NCBI GenBank assembly: GCA_016699125.1 | Contig: CP064961.1 | Coordinates: forward strand, 920,281 to 984,280 | Length of the DNA stretch: 64,000 nt | Source of the DNA: a bacterium | GTDB taxonomy: Bacteria > Babelota > Babeliae > Babelales > Vermiphilaceae | Direction: 5' to 3' | Shown here: positions 1 through 10,211 of the stretch, one piece after another | How the letters are laid out: the number at the start of each line of letters is the position of its first letter | Position numbering within the stretch: the stretch's first letter is position 1 | Notes under the pieces: generated by a model | The model's input: only the letters and a program-made list of their open reading frames with translations | Databases searched by the model: none | Told to the model about the DNA's origin: nothing | Program-made: the position numbers and the translations under genes

Positions 1-320
1 CCCCCAGGTGATACTCCATCGCCATTGATTTATTGCCCAAAGATACAAATTTGTCATAAGCTCCTGCTTTAGATATAGTTATAATGTAAAGTGTAAGCAT
101 CAAAAATAGTTTATTGCAAGTAAAATTAATTTACGCATTACAAGTAAATTTTATAATAAAAATTTACAAATTATATAATTTTTATTTTGAGTTATGTATG
201 AATCTTTATTTAATACTTCTATTGTTACATATAAACATGTATCCTGCTACCTTTGATATCGGTTATGCCAAAAAAACAATATCAAAATTAACCTGAAGCT
301 TTAATTCGATTGCCAAAAAA

Positions 321-3050
321 ATGTTTTACGATTTTGATAAAGATAAGATTATTTCTAAATTCACCTTTTTATATTCATTGCCAATTTCTGAACTTTATGT
401 CATTTTTGGCAGCTCAGAATGTAAAGGATTGACTAACAGCCAAGTTGAGAATAATCGCAAGAAATATGGTGAAAACGTATATAAACGCGTACATGATAAA
501 TCATTTTATACCCTTTTTTTAGAACAGAGCGGTAGACCAATCAATTTTTTTATAATTATTGGAATTATAATCATCCTGATAGTTACACGTGACGCACATG
601 CGGCTACCGTTTTATTTAGTATGCTTATCATCCACACAATCATAGCCGCAATATTTGATTGGTATAATCAGGCCCTTTTAGAAAAGCTTGAACAACTATC
701 ACCTTTCTATGTGATGGTTTTACGAAATAAAGAACGCCACGTCATCAAGGAGCAAGAGCTAGTAGTAGGTGATATTATTTATATCTCTGCCGGTCAACGA
801 ATAGCGGCTGACATACGCATCATATCAACTGATGGAATTACGGTAAACGAAGAACTTTTCACAAAGAGTGACTCAGCAATAAATAAAAATAATAAATTAG
901 TTTCCCATACAGAAGAATTCAGTGATTACACGAACTGTCTTTTTGCAGGAACCGTTGTTGTAAATGGCAACGCAACAGGTATTGTCATTCACGTGGGAAG
1001 CGAAACGCAACTGCATAAAGACGATCTGTACAGAACAATAGATAAAATACCAGTACCACTTAAACGAAATTTAGCGAACTATTGTTATTGGTTAAACGGA
1101 TTTATTTTTGCATTATGCGTAATGATTCTGTGTCTTTACAAAGTCACCCTCAATATGAGTTTTGAAGATGCTCTTCCACTAATGATAGCAATTTTTTTTT
1201 CAATTACTGTAGATTTTTTTCAAATTTTACTAATTTTTATCTTAATTGCCAATATTGAACGAATCACCAGTAGACATATTTTAATCAAGCAACTAGATAT
1301 TCTTGAAAAACTTTCGGCCATCGATATTGTTATGACCAATAAAGATGGAATATTAACTTATAATCAAAAAATGGTGAGTGTCTTATATGCACAAAACATT
1401 AAATGGAATCCGACTGGCTTTGGATTTAATCCTGAAGGCACGGTAAAACCCTTTGATCAGTTTTGCTCAACAAAATGCTTAGAAAAACTTGGCTTAGTTT
1501 CAATCTTAATGAATAGATCGGCAGTTGCACATAATACCGACGCACACTCTTTGGTGCTTGGAAATGAAGTTGAAATAGCATTAGCAGTTTTCGCTCAAAA
1601 ATTAAACATTACGCTTGAAAAAGCTAATGAAGAGTATCAGCTATTATTTGATGCACCTTCAGATCAAAGTACTCCATATCACGCCGCTTTATATGTCAGC
1701 AAAGCCTCCTATGAGATTTTTGTCGTAGGGGCACCCGACGTCTTAATTAGGCAAAATGATACCATTCAACGTACCAACTATATCGATCTTTTAAATCAAG
1801 GATATGAAGTTGTAGTTGTCGGCTGTACTACAGTAGATCTCAAAAAGGAAGACTTTGATTTATTAACGTTTGAAGAAAAAAAACAGTTTTTAAAAACTCA
1901 TATTGAATCGGGAATCCAGATTTTAGGTATTTGTGGTATTTACGATATTGTACGCAGAGATACGTACTGGTCCCTTGAAAACATATATCACCTTGGTATG
2001 AAATTCATAATGATAACGAATGACTCAACACGAGCTGTCAAAACCGTCGCCCATAGACTGGGTCTTTTGGGTCAAAAAACTGAATGTGTAGACGGATTCA
2101 CATTGGAATTAGTCCCTGAACAGAAACTGTCGGCGCTCGTCGATAAAACAACGCTGTACTCAATGATGAGAGCTGATCAAAAAGCACATATTGTAAAACT
2201 ACTTCAAGAAAAAGGTTTCACTGTTGCAATGATAGGCAACAAACCAGAGGATATTCCCGCAATGGATCAGGCCGATGTTTCTCTGGTAAGTAACTCGTAC
2301 TCATTCTATGATGTTAGAAAACATGCAGATATCATTATCTTAAATAATTCGTTTGCAACTTTTATAGAAATTATCTATCAGGCAAGGCATCTATTTTATA
2401 CGTTAAGAAGAGCAATAAGATATTTCTTAAGTGTAAATACAGTAACCGTTTTTCTGGTTATCATAAACATATGGTTAAACTTCTTGCATCGCGGCATAGT
2501 TCCTTTCCCATTGAACATCGCCCAACTTTTATGGGTCAACCTTTTTGTTGATACTGTTTTAACTCTGAGTATTGCTTTTGAAAAACCTGACACTGAACTC
2601 GTTGCACAACCATGGTCAGAAAAATATATCTTAGATACATCATCTTTTTTTCAATCGATCGCAAAAGGTTTTTGGATTGCATCTTTCTGCAGTATCGTTT
2701 TTTATCTGTATTATCAAGACAATGTACTATACGCACGCTCAATGGTTACAGCATTGTTAGGCCTCTTCCATTTAATCGATTCTTGGAGTTGTAGATCAGA
2801 AAGAGTGCAAGCAAAAAAAATAGGTTTTTTTTCAAGTAAATGGTACTTAATATTGGTATCTATTGCTCTGTTCATGTATATTTTGCCCTTTTCAACCAGA
2901 AGAATGAATAGCCTATTTGAAACTGCACCGCTGGAACTTTATGATTTTTCAGTCACTGTCCTGCTCGCAACTACTATTTTACTTTTTGAAGAGATTCGTA
3001 AATGGTGGAAATATACTTTTTTGCATAAGTTTAAGTTGACTAATTGGTAA
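321..3050 (+). CDS. P-type (type II, Ca2+/Mg2+-like) cation ATPase homolog with degenerate catalytic motifs (probable pseudo-ATPase)
   Basis: 909 aa. N-terminal Cation_ATPase_N-like GLTNSQVENNRKKYGENVY. Phosphorylation-loop context LSAIDIVMTNKDGILTYNQKMVSV aligns with the canonical ICSDKTGTLTxN loop but reads NKDGI. TGES aligns to TKSD, MITGD to MITND, GDGVNDAPAL to GNKPEDIPAM. About 10 TM helices. Confidence 0.8.
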   Translation: MFYDFDKDKIISKFTFLYSLPISELYVIFGSSECKGLTNSQVENNRKKYGENVYKRVHDKSFYTLFLEQSGRPINFFIIIGIIIILIVTRDAHAATVLFSMLIIHTIIAAIFDWYNQALLEKLEQLSPFYVMVLRNKERHVIKEQELVVGDIIYISAGQRIAADIRIISTDGITVNEELFTKSDSAINKNNKLVSHTEEFSDYTNCLFAGTVVVNGNATGIVIHVGSETQLHKDDLYRTIDKIPVPLKRNLANYCYWLNGFIFALCVMILCLYKVTLNMSFEDALPLMIAIFFSITVDFFQILLIFILIANIERITSRHILIKQLDILEKLSAIDIVMTNKDGILTYNQKMVSVLYAQNIKWNPTGFGFNPEGTVKPFDQFCSTKCLEKLGLVSILMNRSAVAHNTDAHSLVLGNEVEIALAVFAQKLNITLEKANEEYQLLFDAPSDQSTPYHAALYVSKASYEIFVVGAPDVLIRQNDTIQRTNYIDLLNQGYEVVVVGCTTVDLKKEDFDLLTFEEKKQFLKTHIESGIQILGICGIYDIVRRDTYWSLENIYHLGMKFIMITNDSTRAVKTVAHRLGLLGQKTECVDGFTLELVPEQKLSALVDKTTLYSMMRADQKAHIVKLLQEKGFTVAMIGNKPEDIPAMDQADVSLVSNSYSFYDVRKHADIIILNNSFATFIEIIYQARHLFYTLRRAIRYFLSVNTVTVFLVIINIWLNFLHRGIVPFPLNIAQLLWVNLFVDTVLTLSIAFEKPDTELVAQPWSEKYILDTSSFFQSIAKGFWIASFCSIVFYLYYQDNVLYARSMVTALLGLFHLIDSWSCRSERVQAKKIGFFSSKWYLILVSIALFMYILPFSTRRMNSLFETAPLELYDFSVTVLLATTILLFEEIRKWWKYTFLHKFKLTNW

Positions 3051-3110
3051 AACCAGATACATTTTGATAGGTATTAATAGTTTAAAATATTACAAATCAA
3101 TGAGGATCCC

Positions 3111-3752
3111 ATGGAAAGAGGATGTTTTAAAAAACTTATATTCATGAGCATGGCACTGATCATAACTGTAAATGCTGAGCAGGCAAAAAAAAAGGAAGCA
3201 AATCGTGGAATCAAAACAGAAGTTCCAACTGTTACGAAAACAAAAACTGAACTCCCATTCAAGCATCTGAAAGTTAAAGTCGTCAATGGACATCAGGTTG
3301 CTAGTAGTACCAAAAAAGGTGCAGTGGTTAGGGAAGATTTTATCGGCAAAAAAGAAAAGGCAGAAAAACAGCTACAAACCGATCATCAAAAATTGATCGA
3401 AGCCAACAAAGAGTTCACCGCAAAAGCTTCAACGTTAAGCGATACTGCAAAAGAGGCTGAGGAAAAAAAGATTGCAAAAATGGATCGCGATTTAAAATTA
3501 AAGGCTCAAGAATTAAAAGAAGAGCTTGAAGCCGATATGTACAAAAAAACTGAAGAGCTTGGCATTGAATTTGAAAACGTCGTTCGAACCTATGGAAAAG
3601 AGAATCAACTTGATCTAGTTATCGATGAGTCCTCTGGCAGGATCATCTATGTTGCAGATAACCTAAAATGCAGCGATGACATCATCAAACTGATGGATCA
3701 GAATTTCGACAAAAAAGATACCAAACTTTTAACTGACAAAACCCTTTCTTAA
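3111..3752 (+). CDS. Skp/OmpH-like periplasmic chaperone
   Basis: 213 aa. Signal-like N-terminus, Lys/Glu-rich coiled-coil body, typical Skp size and composition. GAGGA SD-like motif 5 nt upstream. Confidence 0.55.
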   Translation: MERGCFKKLIFMSMALIITVNAEQAKKKEANRGIKTEVPTVTKTKTELPFKHLKVKVVNGHQVASSTKKGAVVREDFIGKKEKAEKQLQTDHQKLIEANKEFTAKASTLSDTAKEAEEKKIAKMDRDLKLKAQELKEELEADMYKKTEELGIEFENVVRTYGKENQLDLVIDESSGRIIYVADNLKCSDDIIKLMDQNFDKKDTKLLTDKTLS

Positions 3753-3760
3753 ATAAAAGC

Positions 3761-4309
3761 ATGTCAGACACAAAACATTCGATCAAAGCAGTGATAGGGC
3801 TGGGTAATCCCGACCCTAAACATTATTTTCAGCGGCACAATATCGGCTTTCGAATCATAGATGCTTTTGTGCAAACGTATGGAAACGGTACAGCACTGTG
3901 GAAAAATAAACCAGCAATGGAAATCTGCCAGATTGTCATTGCCGAAAAAGAGCTTACGCTCATCAAACCGATGACATTCATGAACAGTTCTGGCCAGGTG
4001 ATTCCGCATCTTTTAAAAACAGGCATACAATCAACTGAAATTCTTGTTATTCATGATGAACTTGAAAAACCATTTGGCAATATATCAATCAAAATTGGTG
4101 GCAGCCACAAAGGCCACAACGGCCTGAAGTCTATCATTCAATACTGTGGTCCAGAGTTTGCAAGACTCCGTTTTGGCATCGGCCGTCCGGGAAAAAAAGA
4201 GGATGTGCCTGAATATGTTCTGCGACCATTTTCTGAGCCAGCAGAACAGGTTAATCAATGTATTGAACAAGCGATTGAAGCTCTGCAGAATTATTTAAAA
4301 GAATTATAA
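3761..4309 (+). CDS. pth: peptidyl-tRNA hydrolase
   Basis: 182 aa. GLGNPDPKHYFQRHNIGF matches the Pth N-terminal signature GLGNPGxxYxxTRHNxGF. Confidence 0.9.
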   Translation: MSDTKHSIKAVIGLGNPDPKHYFQRHNIGFRIIDAFVQTYGNGTALWKNKPAMEICQIVIAEKELTLIKPMTFMNSSGQVIPHLLKTGIQSTEILVIHDELEKPFGNISIKIGGSHKGHNGLKSIIQYCGPEFARLRFGIGRPGKKEDVPEYVLRPFSEPAEQVNQCIEQAIEALQNYLKEL

Positions 4310-4327
4310 ATCGAGGTTGCCTTGATT

Positions 4328-6877
4328 TTACTGATCTGTTGGTATTGTTTTTGGATGCCATGGATTCCAAGAAGAAAGATATTGATACACGGTTGTAGCG
4401 ATTGAGGATCCAAAAGCCCACGTTTTTTCTTTGATCCAACTAAAAGATGCAGATAAGAAATTAGTGCTCTTTTTTTCTTCCTGTACTGTTGAGTATGAAC
4501 TTTGACTTTCTTCTTCTAATCTTTCTTTTTCTAATCTTTCTTTTTCTAATCTTTCTTTTTCTAATCTTTCTTTTTCTAATCTTTCTTTTTCTAATCTTTC
4601 TTTTTCTAATCTTTCTTTTTCTAATCTTTCTTTTTCTAATCTTTCTTTTTCTAATCTTTCTTTTTCTAATCTTTCTTTTTCTAATCTTTCTTTTTCTAAT
4701 CTTTCTTTTTCTAATCTTTCTTTTTCTAATCGTTTTTCTTCTGCTAATCTTTCTCTTTCTAATCTTTCTCTTTCTTCTCTTTCCAGCCTTTCTTTTTCTA
4801 ATCTTTCTGCTCTTTCTCTTTCTTCTCTTTCTCTTTCTTCCCTTGCTACTTTTGCTTCTCTTTCTTCTCTTTCCAGCCTTTCTTTTTCTTCTCTTTCCAG
4901 CCTTTCTTTTTCTAATCTTTCTCTTTCTAATCTTTCTTGTTCTTCTCTTTCTGCTCTTTCTCTTTCTAATATTAAATCCTCAATTTTCAAATTTTGTGAT
5001 TGAGATGGTAATTGTTCTGATTGAGCTGGATTACCTGTTTGCTCAAGAGGAACAGGCTGAGTTTTTTTGGTCCCTGTATCCCCTATTGAGACTTCATCGA
5101 ATTTAAAATCATCTATTTTAAGATTTGTGGAAGTTAAAGGTAGTCGTTCTGTTTTACTTGGTGTGTTATCAAAAACGTTTGCGGCAACATTTTTGTTTGT
5201 TTTGTTATTTATTACAGTTGTGCTTAATTGCCCATCTATTTTTAAGCTTTTTTGAAAATTATCATTGCTATTATCGCTGTTTTTGCTTTCTTCTAGTTCC
5301 AATTGTGCAAGGTGCTTACTTGTCATTTTTTCTTCTGCACGATCCATACAGAGCAAAGATTCTACGATGTCATAAAAGTCATCATTGTTCTTAATGTATC
5401 CGCGCTTTAATCGCTCATAAAAGTATTTTAATTTTGTTTCGACATTAACGATCATTTCTGTATAAAAAAACGTTAAAAGGACAGATTGGTCCTTTACAGC
5501 TTCGATTAACTTTTCTGATTCAGTGGTGTTGTCTCCGACCTCAGAGAATCTTACACGGTCTTTAGCGACTTTTTCTTTTGAATTCTTGTTATCACTTTGC
5601 GTTATTGTTTCAATTTTATTGACAAAAGATGTAAAAATTGTCCATTCGTTATTTAGTAAACAGTTAAATGCAGAAATCGATTCATACTGTTCAGAGGTAG
5701 ATAGAAAATCTTGTAGTGTTTTTATATATGTTTTTAAGAATTCTTCTACCTTGTTATATCTTTGCTTTGATTCATACAATGTTGCTGTAATGCCTAGTTT
5801 TATGCTAAGTTCTTCAAAATCCATTGTTAGTAGCTCATTTCTAATCTTTAAAAGATTATCATAGCTTGTATCAAGTTCATATAGCGATTGAAGGTATGTG
5901 TATATAAGGCCTCCCTGATCGTTGCCAAGTTGGTTTTGGTTGCCACGTCTACGAGTTCTCGCTCTAGATTTTACCTGGATTTTTTCTATTATTATATCTG
6001 AGTTTACTGTTTTTTTTTGAGTATCTAAAATAATATTAAATGTATTCTCAATAGTATTGCGAAGTGTCTTTAATTCTTTACTTATTATTGGTTGTAATAA
6101 CCCTTGCATTACTTGTATTGCTACGTTAATCTTGGAACTGAATGTATCAAGCTCATTGCGTGTAAAATTCAATGCAGTGACTTTTTTTTCATTTTTAGTT
6201 GCGTTGTCTAGTGAGCTTTCATTATAAAAAGTAATATCCGATGCACTATTATTTAGTTTCTGTCCACGAAAGATATATTCAGCATTGTTCTCTTGCAAAT
6301 AATTTTTTGACAGACAGACTCCATTGAAAATAAGAGCTTTAGCCCATTCAATAAATTTTTCATCAGTTTTTTGGGATGAAGGCATAGTATTGACTTGAGA
6401 TTTTTGCGAGTAATGTTGACCAGCAATTTGTTTTCTCTGGAGATTATCTTGAAATAAGTTTTTGTCATAATCGGTTTTGTTTTCAACATATACAAATTGA
6501 CTGCCATTGAGACTTTGGCAATAACTAACAAAATCATACATTCCATGAAAAATTCTTTTAGGGTATTTCTCATAATGCAGTTCAAATACTTTTTTTAGTA
6601 TAACTATTAAAGCAAGTACGTATTTGTATTTTTCTTTTTCTTCTGAAAACCTTGAAACTGCTATACTTGGAATGGTCGAATTCCATATATTTATGAGAGG
6701 AGTATTTATATTTAGAGGGTCCTGCTCAGCTATCTCGATTTTAAAATTAGCAAGAGTAAGCGGTTTTGATAGAAAAGTTAGACTGTTATCAAACAGTTCT
6801 TTGGATAAGGATTCGCTAGAAATTAAAAAATTCGAATGCAATAGTATATAAATAAAAAAAATATAAAGGTAAAACAC
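4328..6877 (-). CDS. large secreted repeat protein with E/R/K-rich (EKERL)n tract; paralog of the 61208-63024 gene pair
   Basis: 849 aa. N-terminal signal-like segment. [12 protein letters not shown] matches YPKRLLFGIHG of the 61208 ORF, and [14 protein letters not shown] matches KNNDDFDDILESML of the 62086 ORF. C-terminal third encoded by the 15-bp tandem repeat. Confidence 0.7.
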   Translation of the reverse strand: MFYLYIFFIYILLHSNFLISSESLSKELFDNSLTFLSKPLTLANFKIEIAEQDPLNINTPLINIWNSTIPSIAVSRFSEEKEKYKYVLALIVILKKVFELHYEKYPKRIFHGMYDFVSYCQSLNGSQFVYVENKTDYDKNLFQDNLQRKQIAGQHYSQKSQVNTMPSSQKTDEKFIEWAKALIFNGVCLSKNYLQENNAEYIFRGQKLNNSASDITFYNESSLDNATKNEKKVTALNFTRNELDTFSSKINVAIQVMQGLLQPIISKELKTLRNTIENTFNIILDTQKKTVNSDIIIEKIQVKSRARTRRRGNQNQLGNDQGGLIYTYLQSLYELDTSYDNLLKIRNELLTMDFEELSIKLGITATLYESKQRYNKVEEFLKTYIKTLQDFLSTSEQYESISAFNCLLNNEWTIFTSFVNKIETITQSDNKNSKEKVAKDRVRFSEVGDNTTESEKLIEAVKDQSVLLTFFYTEMIVNVETKLKYFYERLKRGYIKNNDDFYDIVESLLCMDRAEEKMTSKHLAQLELEESKNSDNSNDNFQKSLKIDGQLSTTVINNKTNKNVAANVFDNTPSKTERLPLTSTNLKIDDFKFDEVSIGDTGTKKTQPVPLEQTGNPAQSEQLPSQSQNLKIEDLILERERAEREEQERLERERLEKERLEREEKERLEREEREAKVAREEREREERERAERLEKERLEREERERLERERLAEEKRLEKERLEKERLEKERLEKERLEKERLEKERLEKERLEKERLEKERLEKERLEKERLEKERLEKERLEKERLEEESQSSYSTVQEEKKSTNFLSASFSWIKEKTWAFGSSIATTVYQYLSSWNPWHPKTIPTDQ
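4516..4975. repeat. 15-bp tandem repeat (ctaatctttcttttt)n, ~14 perfect copies at 4516-4730 then ~16 degenerate copies; coding (EKERL pentapeptide on minus strand)
   Basis: Direct reading of the sequence. Perfect periodicity of 15 nt that stays in frame. Confidence 0.95.
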
Positions 6878-6944
6878 AATGAATCACTCATCAATGATTA
6901 ATTTTCTTTAATAATTGTAATATATTAAATAGCGCAATAGCAAG

Positions 6945-7255
6945 ATTTTGTATAAAATAACAGACAAGGATAAGCCCTTTCAAGTGCCAAATGCACCACC
7001 AAGTAGAAAAAAAATCAGGTGATCATAAACTAGTCTCTGAACAAAAACACAACAAGAGTTTTATGAGCCAAACAGATGGCAAACACCTGATTTATAAACA
7101 AAGATGCCAGATAGAAGTGCTTCTGGATAGTGGTCATTCAAAAAGAGAGATTGGAAGGAAACTAGGAATAAGTCATTAATTTGATACCCTCAGAGGCCTT
7201 TTATGATCAACTTTCCAAGTTGTAACAGTGCGCTTCAGATTTGAATCGGGGTTTT
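6945..7255 (+). mobile_element. IS30-family internal-deletion derivative (MITE-like remnant of the element at 30.4-31.4 kb)
   Basis: Left ~120 bp and right ~70 bp align with the ends of the IS30 copy at 30410-31372 (tcaggtgatcataaactagtctctga ... aggccttttatgatcaac ... cagatttgaatcgg). Only a 62-aa transposase N-terminal fragment (6991-7179) remains. Confidence 0.6.
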
Positions 7256-7271
7256 TATAAACGCCCCTTTT

Positions 7272-7670
7272 ATGCAAAAAACGTTGACTTTTGGTTGCAC
7301 CTATGAAAAACTTTCATTGAAATTCTATTGGTCATTTAATCATGAGGATGCTCAAATGACCAATAAAAGATACTTGTTACTCTTTTTGACAATAAGTTTA
7401 TTTTCAAACAAGGCGGATGCAAATTGGTATGAAACTGCAAAAGATTTTCATATCAATCATGGAAACATAGTTTTTCCTGCAATCGGTTTCACACTGGGAT
7501 TAACAGGAGGAGGTTATATAGTTTGGAAGGCGACACAAGATCAATCTATGGTAGTAACGAATAAACAGGCACTGGCTTGCGTATGCTTTTTAGGAACCGT
7601 AGGTGGAATTAGCGGTTATGGCGTGCAAAATATAGCGTTGCGTATGCTTTTTCAAACATGGGGTAAATAA
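7272..7670 (+). CDS. small membrane protein with glycine-zipper-like segments (hypothetical)
   Basis: 132 aa. Signal-peptide-like region plus GxxxG-rich hydrophobic stretches (GFTLGLTGGGYIVW, GTVGGISGYG). Followed by a terminator. Confidence 0.4.
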   Translation: MQKTLTFGCTYEKLSLKFYWSFNHEDAQMTNKRYLLLFLTISLFSNKADANWYETAKDFHINHGNIVFPAIGFTLGLTGGGYIVWKATQDQSMVVTNKQALACVCFLGTVGGISGYGVQNIALRMLFQTWGK

Positions 7671-7680
7671 AATAACAGAA

Positions 7681-7717
7681 GGCGGGGTGCGTTTTACTGC
7701 ACTCCGCCTCTTTATTT
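7681..7717. terminator. bidirectional rho-independent terminator between convergent genes
   Basis: ggcggggtgc-gttttact-gcactccgcc stem-loop (one G:U) followed by a tctttattt T-run. Confidence 0.6.
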
Positions 7718-7744
7718 AGATCGCTTCTTATTTTCAATACCTTT

Positions 7745-10060
7745 TCAACTGATCGTCCTACCAACCAGATTCATCTTACTCTCTTTGACCTGTTTGGTTA
7801 AGACGGTAATCCAGTCAACAAACCTGTTCGCTTTTTCGCTTGGTTTAAACCACCAGTCTGCAGCGCCTGGCAACAGTTTGAAGGTACGTTCAAACATACC
7901 GTTGGCCTGCTCTTTGATCTCCATCTGACCATTTGAAAAATCATGTGGATACTTCTGAGCAAAATAGGTAGGCCCGACCACGTGTGTTTCTAAAGCCATG
8001 ATAAAATGCTTATTTGACCGCAGTCCTTCGCAAAACTCTATAACCTTACGATCGGTCTGAGGGTCCGGTGTGCCACGATACGGCTCACCACACAAAATGA
8101 GTCCTTTATTTTTCTCATGTATGGTTGCAACGTAACTCTTAATTCGTTCAACCGCATCATGAGATGCCATGTGTGTTGAAAGTCCTTTATTAATGTTGTC
8201 GGCAATGTTCAAACTTGTTCGCATTCCCGAAAAGAAGCTCATTATCGCTTTTTCTGCCGGTGCAATTGCAAAACAGTGTGCAAACCAACCCGCACATCCA
8301 ACGGTTTTCAGAATCGTTGATTTTCCACAACCATTCGGCCCTGTCAAAATAATGGTGTTGGCGTATGTACCACCCAAAGCAATATCATTCAATATCGGTT
8401 TGATTGCACCCCATGAACCATCAATCTTGAGCGATTGAGCTGACACAAGCGGCTGCCACGAGTTTTTCAAGGTACATTCTGTTCGTTGTGTATCTTCAAC
8501 AAAATCAACAAAACAGACAGGGTTACCATTACTATTATTAGTTTTCATAAATTCAAGGACAGAAATATAACTGTCTACCGTTGCAAGGTTTTGGAACAAC
8601 CATGTTAACTCACCATTGTGTGCAAGTTGTGCAAGCTTTTTATGTGCAATAAGCATCTTACCACGGTTGTACAAGGCTGACGTACCGTCAAAGGTACCGC
8701 TATGCAGATCCTTCATCACCTGCGTATAATCATCCGAATGCGCCACTTGCGCAACCAGATCTGGACATCCAAACTTGACAGCCAGCTCCTGTAATTTTTC
8801 CATATTTTTTATCAAACGAGCAACTTTGATCATTTTTTTATGCATCTTTTGCATATTTGTTTTGTAACTTTTCAGCCTATCGACCATCGACTTGTATATG
8901 TGATACACCTGATATCCCGCATATATTTGCAATGGAAGCGCCACAGTTGCAGCAGCTGCAGTTGGCATCCATGAACCGTATTTTTCTAATTTCCTAGTTC
9001 CCAAAAAGCCATGAGCAACCTGCTGCCCTTCACTATTATCTATAATTCCCAAGGAAGGACCTCGTTTAAGCACATCTATTTTATCACCGAAACTTGAGTT
9101 CAAGGAAAGCAGTATCTGTATACAATGAGCAGGCGGAAGAGACCATTGCAGATCAAGCTTTTTTAGTAAATCTGATTGTATAAATGGATTAATGACAGTA
9201 AAAGGCAGTCGCAAACCATTCGAAAGCATGCCAATTAAGGCATTTTTAACACTACTTTTTATAGTTTCATTTACATTTTGATCTGGTTTTACAAATGTGC
9301 CGCCCAGACCATTTAAAACCATATCCATTATAGCTTGAGTTACTTGTACGCCAAAAAAACTTCCTGCAATACCACCAATGGTTGAGAACAATGAAAGGTT
9401 CATTAATGTAGGATTCTGGTTACATAAGTCAGCAATTTTGGGAAGATCAAAGAGCCACAAAAAAGTCTTTGGTTGCGTCCAGTACAGTTCATGGAACTTT
9501 TCTTCCTGACTTGCAAAATAACTTAAAATACTTTTCTGGTCTTTTTTGATAGTTTCTAACAAAGACTTCATCTCGGCGTACGAACTGCTATCGTCGTGCA
9601 CCTGTTTTAAAAAAGCCTGCCTTTTTTTCAGTAGTTCAAAATCGGTAATCGGGTTGAGCATTTTAAACAAACCGTATGAACCAAACATCGTAAATGGTTG
9701 AATGAGCGGTTTTTGTACTAAAATCCCTTGTTCTTCATCATTGTCACTCGTTTTCTCAAAGCGACCATTCAAAATGGTTGAAATGTCCAACTCATTCCAT
9801 TCCTGCCGACCGGCAAATGATAAGGGTGCTTTGAAGATCCACTCATCAGCATCAACGCTTTGTAACACTGATCGAGCCCGCATACGCTCTTTAATCTGTT
9901 TTCTCATTGCTGCAATACGCTCTTTTAGTGCCTTTTCTGACGCAATTTCCTGCTCAGTTTTACTTCCAAATGGTCCAAACCACCCAAAAACCGGCTGTAT
10001 GGACAGAAACACGATAGGCAAAAATAAGCCTTTTACAAGCTTTTTAACACGATTTAACAT
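7745..10060 (-). CDS. membrane-anchored MutS domain-V (MutS-type ABC ATPase) family protein lacking mismatch-recognition domains
   Basis: 771 aa. C-terminal ~230 aa align with MutS domain V: LTGPNGCGKST vs ITGPNMGGKST, GLSTHMASHDAVERI vs GRSTFMVEMTETANI, LILCGEPYRGT vs LVLMDEIGRGTS, ALETH vs FATHY. N-terminal ~500 aa have no recognisable MutS domains I-IV and carry signal/TM segments. Confidence 0.8.
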   Translation of the reverse strand: MLNRVKKLVKGLFLPIVFLSIQPVFGWFGPFGSKTEQEIASEKALKERIAAMRKQIKERMRARSVLQSVDADEWIFKAPLSFAGRQEWNELDISTILNGRFEKTSDNDEEQGILVQKPLIQPFTMFGSYGLFKMLNPITDFELLKKRQAFLKQVHDDSSSYAEMKSLLETIKKDQKSILSYFASQEEKFHELYWTQPKTFLWLFDLPKIADLCNQNPTLMNLSLFSTIGGIAGSFFGVQVTQAIMDMVLNGLGGTFVKPDQNVNETIKSSVKNALIGMLSNGLRLPFTVINPFIQSDLLKKLDLQWSLPPAHCIQILLSLNSSFGDKIDVLKRGPSLGIIDNSEGQQVAHGFLGTRKLEKYGSWMPTAAAATVALPLQIYAGYQVYHIYKSMVDRLKSYKTNMQKMHKKMIKVARLIKNMEKLQELAVKFGCPDLVAQVAHSDDYTQVMKDLHSGTFDGTSALYNRGKMLIAHKKLAQLAHNGELTWLFQNLATVDSYISVLEFMKTNNSNGNPVCFVDFVEDTQRTECTLKNSWQPLVSAQSLKIDGSWGAIKPILNDIALGGTYANTIILTGPNGCGKSTILKTVGCAGWFAHCFAIAPAEKAIMSFFSGMRTSLNIADNINKGLSTHMASHDAVERIKSYVATIHEKNKGLILCGEPYRGTPDPQTDRKVIEFCEGLRSNKHFIMALETHVVGPTYFAQKYPHDFSNGQMEIKEQANGMFERTFKLLPGAADWWFKPSEKANRFVDWITVLTKQVKESKMNLVGRTIS

Positions 10061-10211
10061 AGCAAATCCTCCATTTATTCTATTTTAGTATATATTATAA
10101 TTTTCAGATTGTAAATACTGGTGGCTAAAAATAGTTTAATTGGGGGTTTTTTAGACAGAAAGCGGCAAATCTAATAAACTAAAGGAGTAGGCAAAGATCG
10201 AAAGGATAAGA

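Noticed and set aside
1-56. Possible minus-strand gene start (MTNLYLWAINQ...) running off the window start
   Set aside because: Only ~18 codons are visible and there is no homology, so it is too little to support a feature.
2396-2794. Small ORFs on both strands inside the P-type ATPase gene
   Set aside because: Embedded in, or antisense to, a well-supported 909-codon ORF. No independent signals.
1192-2832. Homopolymer tracts (T9 at 1192-1200; A8 and T8 at 2813-2832) as phase-variation switches
   Set aside because: Such runs are common in AT-rich genomes. Both lie in frame in the current sequence, and there is no evidence of variability.
4516-4975. Possibility that the tandem repeat is a CRISPR array
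   Set aside because: 15-bp period with no unique spacers, in frame inside a long ORF. No cas genes.
4489-5106. 205-aa plus-strand ORF made of FLFLIFLFL repeats
   Set aside because: It is the antisense reading of the 15-bp tandem repeat inside the minus-strand 849-aa gene. It is an artefact of the repeat, not a gene.
8169-8438. 89-aa plus-strand ORF inside the MutS-domain gene
   Set aside because: Antisense to the conserved MutS ATPase coding region, so spurious.
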